NCBI GenBank assembly: GCA_038123715.1
Contig: JAYPAN010000004.1
Coordinates: 4,744-68,743 of the forward strand
DNA: 64,000 bases
Reading direction: 5' to 3'
Source of the DNA: Rhodobiaceae bacterium
Lineage (GTDB): Bacteria > Pseudomonadota > Alphaproteobacteria > RS24
Of this stretch, positions 58,740-64,000 are shown one piece after another. The notes under the pieces are model-generated. The model had not been told where the DNA came from, did no database searches, and saw only the letters and a list, made by a program, of their open reading frames with translations. Every line of letters starts with the position of its first letter. The first letter of the stretch is position 1. The position numbers were made by a program, and so were the translations under genes.

Positions 58740-59480
58740 ATGACCTCATCCGATGTTCAACGCCCTTCCGGTCGCGCCGCCGCGCAATTGCGCCATGTGT
58801 CATTTGAAACCGGCATTTCCAAACATGCCGAAGGCTCATGCTTCATCAAATTCGGGGACACGCATGTTTTATGCACGGCCAGTCTGGAAGAGCGCGTGCC
58901 GCCTTGGTTGCGCGGCAAAGGGCAGGGCTGGGTGACGGCGGAATATGGCATGCTGCCGCGTGCCACGGGCGACCGGATGCGCCGCGAGGCCAGCGCCGGC
59001 AAGCAATCGGGGCGCACGCAGGAAATCCAGCGCTTGATAGGGCGTTCCTTGCGCGCCGTGGTGGACATGAAAAAACTCGGCGAACACCAAATCAGCCTTG
59101 ATTGCGATGTCATACAGGCCGATGGCGGCACGCGCACCGCGTCAATTACCGGCGCTTGGGTGGCGCTTCATCAATGCGTGGCCGGCATGCAGGCGCGCGG
59201 TCTGGTCGGTGAGGGCGTGATAGCAGACAATGTGGCGGCGCTGTCTTGCGGCATTTACAATGGCCTGCCAGTGGCTGATTTGGATTATGCCGAGGACAGC
59301 ATTGCCGATACGGATGGCAATTTTGTTATGACCGGCAGTGGCGCGATTGTCGAGATTCAAGCAACGGCCGAGGGCGCGGCTTTTGACGAAACAGAGTTTG
59401 CCGAATTGATGCGGCTGGCCAAAAACGGCATTGGCGAGCTTGTTGCCTTGCAAAATGCGGCCATTGGCAAAGCCGGATAG
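58740..59480 (+). CDS. rph: ribonuclease PH
   Basis: [16 protein letters not shown] and [15 protein letters not shown] motifs. Confidence 0.95.
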   Translation: MTSSDVQRPSGRAAAQLRHVSFETGISKHAEGSCFIKFGDTHVLCTASLEERVPPWLRGKGQGWVTAEYGMLPRATGDRMRREASAGKQSGRTQEIQRLIGRSLRAVVDMKKLGEHQISLDCDVIQADGGTRTASITGAWVALHQCVAGMQARGLVGEGVIADNVAALSCGIYNGLPVADLDYAEDSIADTDGNFVMTGSGAIVEIQATAEGAAFDETEFAELMRLAKNGIGELVALQNAAIGKAG

Positions 59481-59488
59481 GGCGCGCA

Positions 59489-60112
59489 ATGAGCCGGTCA
59501 CACCGCCAATTTGATGCGCCCAAGCTGGTTGTTGCCAGCCATAATCAGGGCAAAATCCGCGAAATTGACGATTTGTTGGGCCCGTTCGGCATTGAAACCG
59601 CCGGGGCCGATGCTTTGGGCTTGCCGGAGCCGGAGGAGACCGGCTCAACATTTATCGCCAATGCCGAATTAAAGGCGCTGGCTGCCGCCACAGCGACCGG
59701 TCTGCCTGCCCTGGCTGATGATAGCGGGTTGGCGGTGGATGCGCTGGATGGCGCGCCCGGCATTTATTCGGCGCGCTGGGCGCAAACCGCCTCGGGTGAG
59801 CGTGATTTTGACTTTGCCATGCATAAGGTGGAAATGGCGCTGTCCAAAAAGCGCGACATGGCGCGCACAGCCAGTTTTATTTGCGCGCTGACTTTGGCTT
59901 GGCCGGACGGCCATGTCGAAAGTTTTGAGGGGCGTGTTGACGGCACGCTGGTCTGGCCGTTGCGGGGTAAAAAGGGCTTTGGCTATGACCCGATGTTTCT
60001 GCCGCTGGGCGGTGATTTGACTTTTGGCGAAATGCAGCCGGATGACAAGCACGCCATCTCGCACCGCGCCGATGCGTTCACCCAGCTGGTCGAGGCGTGT
60101 TTTAATGGCTAG
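59489..60112 (+). CDS. rdgB: non-canonical purine NTP pyrophosphatase RdgB/HAM1
   Basis: [16 protein letters not shown] and GFGYDP motifs. Confidence 0.93.
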   Translation: MSRSHRQFDAPKLVVASHNQGKIREIDDLLGPFGIETAGADALGLPEPEETGSTFIANAELKALAAATATGLPALADDSGLAVDALDGAPGIYSARWAQTASGERDFDFAMHKVEMALSKKRDMARTASFICALTLAWPDGHVESFEGRVDGTLVWPLRGKKGFGYDPMFLPLGGDLTFGEMQPDDKHAISHRADAFTQLVEACFNG

Positions 60113-61244
60113 CCCGCCGCTTGGCGTTTATGTGCATTTTCCGTTTTGCGCCGCCATATGCCCTTATTGCGATTTCAATGTTTATAAAATGCGTGATTTG
60201 GATGCAGATGCGTGGGCTGATGCCTATTGTGCTGAATTGCGCCATGCCGCCAGACTGCGCCCGCAAGGGCCGGTCGAGACATTGTTTTTCGGCGGCGGCA
60301 CACCGTCTTTAATGCCAGTTGCGCTGGTCGCGGCAATTATTGACGAGATTGACCGATTATGGGGTTTTGCGGCCAAGGCCGAGATAAGTTTGGAAGCCAA
60401 TCCGGAAGGGTTGGATGCGCCGACCCTGCAAGATTTTGCCGCTTGCGGGATTACGCGGCTGTCACTCGGCGTGCAATCGCTGGATGATGCGGCGCTGGCC
60501 TTTCTCGGTCGCCATCACAGCGCCGCCCAAGCCATGTCGGTTTTTGCGCTGGCGCAAAATAGCTTTCCGGCCAGTTCGCTTGATTTGATATATGCAAGAC
60601 CCGGACAGACGCTGGCGGCATGGGAACAGGAATTGGCGCGCGCCTTGTCGCTGACCCCGCAGCATATGTCGCTCTATCAGTTGACTTTTGAGCCGGAGAC
60701 GGCTTTTGGCTTGCAATTGCGGCAAGGGCGGCTGCAGCCGCCGGAAGAAGAATTGGCTGTCAATTTGTTCGAGCATAGCCGCGCCGCTTGCGCCGCCGCC
60801 GGTCTGCCTGCTTATGAAATCTCCAATCACGCGCGCCCTGACGGGGAATGTCGGCATAATGTCAGCAATTGGCAGGGCGGCGATTATGCGGGCATTGGCC
60901 CGGGCGCGCATGGCCGCTTGAGTGTTGATGGTGCGCGCCATGCCAGCTATGCCCTGCCGACGCCGAATGACTGGCTGCAATCGGTCGCCGCAAAGGGTCA
61001 TGGCTGGCAAAGTTTTGAGCCGCTTGATGATGCGGCGCGCCATGCTGAGACCTTGTTGCTGGGGCTGCGTCTGACACAGGGCGTTGCCTATGAAAGGCTT
61101 TCTGCGGCGGGGCTGGTGCTCGATGGCGCGCGCCTTGCCGATATGCAGGCGGCGGGGCTGATTGTCCGCGACGCGACGCGCTTGGCCGCCACGCCGGAAG
61201 GCTGTCTGGTGCTTGACCGGCTGGTTGCCGAATTATTGCTGTGA
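60105..61244 (+). CDS. hemW: radical SAM heme chaperone HemW (HemN-like)
   Basis: [16 protein letters not shown] (CxxxCxxC) motif. Overlaps the rdgB end by 8 nt. Confidence 0.9.
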   Translation: MASPPLGVYVHFPFCAAICPYCDFNVYKMRDLDADAWADAYCAELRHAARLRPQGPVETLFFGGGTPSLMPVALVAAIIDEIDRLWGFAAKAEISLEANPEGLDAPTLQDFAACGITRLSLGVQSLDDAALAFLGRHHSAAQAMSVFALAQNSFPASSLDLIYARPGQTLAAWEQELARALSLTPQHMSLYQLTFEPETAFGLQLRQGRLQPPEEELAVNLFEHSRAACAAAGLPAYEISNHARPDGECRHNVSNWQGGDYAGIGPGAHGRLSVDGARHASYALPTPNDWLQSVAAKGHGWQSFEPLDDAARHAETLLLGLRLTQGVAYERLSAAGLVLDGARLADMQAAGLIVRDATRLAATPEGCLVLDRLVAELLL

Positions 61245-62756
61245 GGCGGGCGTGTCCTCAATGCCGGTTTCGGGCGCATCACCCGCCAAAACAGCATCAT
61301 CTATGGGCGGGGCGGCTTCGCGCAAGCGTGAGGCCAGCATCCGCGCTGCTTGCCGCCGCCGGTCATGTTCAACGAAACTGGCTGGCGCAGCATTTATCAC
61401 GCGGCTGCCACGGGCGGTGATTTCATGCACGGCCAGCCCGCGCTCGCCCAGCCCGTCCGGGGTCAGACGCAAAATCCCGTCAATACCGGCAAAGCCATTC
61501 GGGTCGGTCAGCAAATTGCGGGTAAACGGCTTGCCCGGCGCAATGCGCGACAATTCCGCCGCCAGCCCGATCGCGTCATAGGCGATGGAGGCAAGGCGCG
61601 GCGGCTCCTGCCCATAGGCGCGTTTGAAGCGGCGCACAAAGCGTTGCCAGACACCATGTTCGGGAGCCGGATACCAGCCGCCATGCAAAGGCGGCTCTTT
61701 GGTCAGGGACGGGTCATCCCACAGGCCAGTGCCGACAAATTTCACCAGTCGCGGGTCAATGTCGAAATAGGGAAGTAATGGCGCAAGGCTTCGCAAGGCC
61801 AGCCCGCCTTCCGGCATAAAGACAACATCATAGGGAATGTCGCCCAGCGTTTCCGAGCGTTTCAGCGCCTCATGCGCCGAGGTCAGCTCCGGTGCAATAT
61901 CGCGCAAAACGGTGAATAAATCTTCATCCGGCGTATCGGGCGGCGCCAGCGCGCGCGCTTCATTTGTCAGCCGCGCCATTTCCGCCTCATGGGCTTTTTT
62001 GCGGCGCTCAAATTGCGCCAAAGCCTGCACCGGCGCAAACATGCCGCGCGGGTCGGCCGGATAAAATTCGGTCTGCACCAAATCGCCGCCATAAAGCGCG
62101 ATTTGCGTTTGCAGGCTGTCATGCACACGCTCGCCAAATGCGCCTTCCGGCAGCAAGGCGCCGAAACGGGTCAGCCCTTGCGAAATGGATTCTGTGACAA
62201 TGCGGTCGATATTGTCTTCCGGCAAAAAGCCGAGCAGCCAGATATTGTCGCCCTTGACCGACCGGTCATTGGACAGCGCCAGCGCCGGCACATCGCGCCC
62301 GGCCAGCATGGGGGCAATGGCGGCTACCGAGGTTGAGAATAAAGGCCCGACAATCAAATCGGCTTTTGCTGCCAGCGCCTGTTTAACGGCTTCTTTTGCG
62401 CCGTCTGGCGTGCCTTTTGTGTCATGCAGGCTCAACACAATGTCACGGCGATCAAGGTCGAAAAGCGCCAGCTGGGCGGCGTTTTGCAAGGCGCGAGACA
62501 AATCGCGAATGGAGCTGCGGCTGTCGCCAAAGGGCAGCACCAGCGCAATCACCACCGCATTGTCGGGGCGCGGCGGCGGTGGCGGGTAGCCTGACAAATC
62601 AAGCGGCATGATGGGAATAACCGGTGCGGCTTGCGCCGCGTTTTGCGCCGTGCCGCCGGTTTGCGGCGCGGTTGGCGCACTGGCACAAGCGGCCAGCAGC
62701 AGGCTTGCAATCACCGCTGCAATAAAAGATTTGCCGGTTATTTTATATGCTGTCAT
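61233..62756 (-). CDS. LpoA-like penicillin-binding-protein activator (type 1 periplasmic-binding-fold lipoprotein)
   Basis: Lipobox LLAAC and a Leu/Ile/Val-binding-protein-like domain. It is divergent from rsmI, like E. coli lpoA/rsmI. Confidence 0.55.
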   Translation of the reverse strand: MTAYKITGKSFIAAVIASLLLAACASAPTAPQTGGTAQNAAQAAPVIPIMPLDLSGYPPPPPRPDNAVVIALVLPFGDSRSSIRDLSRALQNAAQLALFDLDRRDIVLSLHDTKGTPDGAKEAVKQALAAKADLIVGPLFSTSVAAIAPMLAGRDVPALALSNDRSVKGDNIWLLGFLPEDNIDRIVTESISQGLTRFGALLPEGAFGERVHDSLQTQIALYGGDLVQTEFYPADPRGMFAPVQALAQFERRKKAHEAEMARLTNEARALAPPDTPDEDLFTVLRDIAPELTSAHEALKRSETLGDIPYDVVFMPEGGLALRSLAPLLPYFDIDPRLVKFVGTGLWDDPSLTKEPPLHGGWYPAPEHGVWQRFVRRFKRAYGQEPPRLASIAYDAIGLAAELSRIAPGKPFTRNLLTDPNGFAGIDGILRLTPDGLGERGLAVHEITARGSRVINAAPASFVEHDRRRQAARMLASRLREAAPPIDDAVLAGDAPETGIEDTPASQQ

Positions 62757-62957
62757 GGGTCTTGCCACTTGTCCCGTCATTCTGCCATCCGGCGTGCGCT
62801 GTCATGATGCGCCAGCCTATCCGCGCCGCGCCGCCAAGTAAACGGCTTAGCGACAAAGCGCGGCATTTCAACCGGCTAATTTCACAATCTGGCGCTAAAT
62901 TATGGCGAGATTGCGTTCCGGGCTTGCCTTTCGCGGCAAAAAAGCGTTGCCTTGGGC

Positions 62958-63824
62958 ATGTCCGATTGGTCAGTGATAAATGCGCCACTTGCGCCCGGCC
63001 TGTATATTGTCGCCACGCCGTTGGGTCATGCGCGCGACATTACCTTGCGGGCGCTGGATGTGCTGGCCGCCGCCAATGCCATATATTGTGAGGATACGCG
63101 GGTCAGCGGCAAATTGATGGCGCGCTATGGCATTGCCACGCAGCGCCTTGCCTATCATGAGCATAACGCCCAGCGCATGCGCCCGAAAATCCTGCAAAGA
63201 CTGGCAGAAGGCGCGGCATTGGCGCTTATCAGCGATGCTGGCACGCCGCTTGTCTCCGACCCCGGCCTGCCTTTGGTGCGCGCCGCAAGGGCGGCGGGTC
63301 ATAATGTTTTTGCCGTGCCGGGCGCTTCGGCACCGATTGCGGCTTTGTCTGTTGCCGGTCTGGCGACCGACAGATTCAGTTTTGCCGGTTTTTTACCGCC
63401 GAAAAAACAGGCGCGGCAAACCGCCTTGCAAGAATTGTCGGGCGCACCCGGCACGCTGGTTCTGTTTGAAAGTGCCAACCGGCTTGCCGTGCTGATGGCT
63501 GATGTGGCTGCTATGACGCCACAGCGCGAGGCGGTGATTGCGCGCGAATTGACCAAAAAGTTTGAAGAGGTGATAAGCGGCACGGCGGAAGATTTGGCCG
63601 CGCGGCTGAAAGATATGTCGGTTAAGGGCGAATGTGTGGTGTTGCTGGCCGCCCCGCCTCCCGAAAATATGGATGCGGCGGCACTTGACAATGCGCTGGT
63701 CGCGGCGCTGGCTTCCAACAGTTTGCGCGATGCGGTGCAAATGGTGATGGCCGCTTATGGCTTGCCAAAAAAGCAGGTTTATGCGCGTGCGCTGGCTTTG
63801 TCCAAACAAGAAAAGGAAGTCTAA
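62958..63824 (+). CDS. rsmI: 16S rRNA (cytidine1402-2'-O)-methyltransferase RsmI
   Basis: LYIVATPLGHARDITLRAL, CEDTR and SDAGTPLVSDPG motifs. Confidence 0.93.
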   Translation: MSDWSVINAPLAPGLYIVATPLGHARDITLRALDVLAAANAIYCEDTRVSGKLMARYGIATQRLAYHEHNAQRMRPKILQRLAEGAALALISDAGTPLVSDPGLPLVRAARAAGHNVFAVPGASAPIAALSVAGLATDRFSFAGFLPPKKQARQTALQELSGAPGTLVLFESANRLAVLMADVAAMTPQREAVIARELTKKFEEVISGTAEDLAARLKDMSVKGECVVLLAAPPPENMDAAALDNALVAALASNSLRDAVQMVMAAYGLPKKQVYARALALSKQEKEV

Positions 63825-63946
63825 ACAGAAAAGGAGCCCGACGCGGAAAATGACCAAGAAAAAAAATACCGCCAACGCGCCGCAAAAAGACCGCCAAGAC
63901 CGCCGCCGCCAAGACCGCCGCCGTCAAAGCCGGACGGGTTGCCGAG

Positions 63947-64000
63947 ATGGTCGCCGCGCTTTATTTGCGCGCCAAGGGCTATCGGATTATCGCCCGTAAT
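63947..64000 (+). CDS. yraN: YraN-family (UPF0102) endonuclease-like protein, 5' fragment; true start unresolved
   Basis: The frame reading GRVAEMVAALYLRAKGYRIIARN matches the YraN N-terminal signature and runs off the window. The first ATG in that frame is at 63947, but conserved residues lie upstream of it (see the finding on the A8 tract). Confidence 0.6.
   Translation, partial: MVAALYLRAKGYRIIARN

Noticed and set aside
1-64000. tRNA, rRNA, tmRNA, transposase, integrase, phage or toxin-antitoxin genes.
   Set aside because: I saw no T-loop/acceptor-type sequences, no rRNA-like stretches, and no DDE/tyrosine-recombinase or phage-like ORFs while reading the ORF translations and the gaps. 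This absence rests on inspection by eye only.

Overview
This 64-kb window comes from an alphaproteobacterial chromosome of moderate GC content and spans the replication origin. About 17.8-64 kb is conserved core. It holds an orphan OmpR-type regulator, yggS, leuS-lptE-holA, and parB-parA-rsmG-mnmG-mnmE with two perfect parS palindromes. It continues with rho and hemJ-hemE, then a 461-bp AT-rich gap with DnaA-box-like 9-mers in the Caulobacter-type hemE/DUF299 position, which I call oriC. To the right are maf-aroE-coaE-dnaQ, secB, hisBHAFE-coaA, nth, gpmA-dapB, dnaJ-dnaK, alkB, grpE-hrcA, rph-rdgB-hemW, an LpoA-like lipoprotein, rsmI and the start of yraN. Gene orientation flips at the proposed origin. 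The left quarter is accessory and holds the two most unusual items. First, a visibly AT-richer array of small exported proteins has unrelated mature parts behind one duplicated promoter/RBS/signal-peptide module, plus a recombination relic of that module. Second, a tricarballylate/tricarboxylate locus (tcuAB, a TonB-dependent receptor, a TctC-TctB fusion, tctA) sits next to a membrane-anchored protein that joins a TctC-like periplasmic domain to a cytoplasmic LuxR-type HTH. I infer that protein is the locus regulator. I recognised no rRNA, tRNA, CRISPR or transposase/integrase genes. All calls rest on reading the sequence and the ORF translations by eye; no searches were run.
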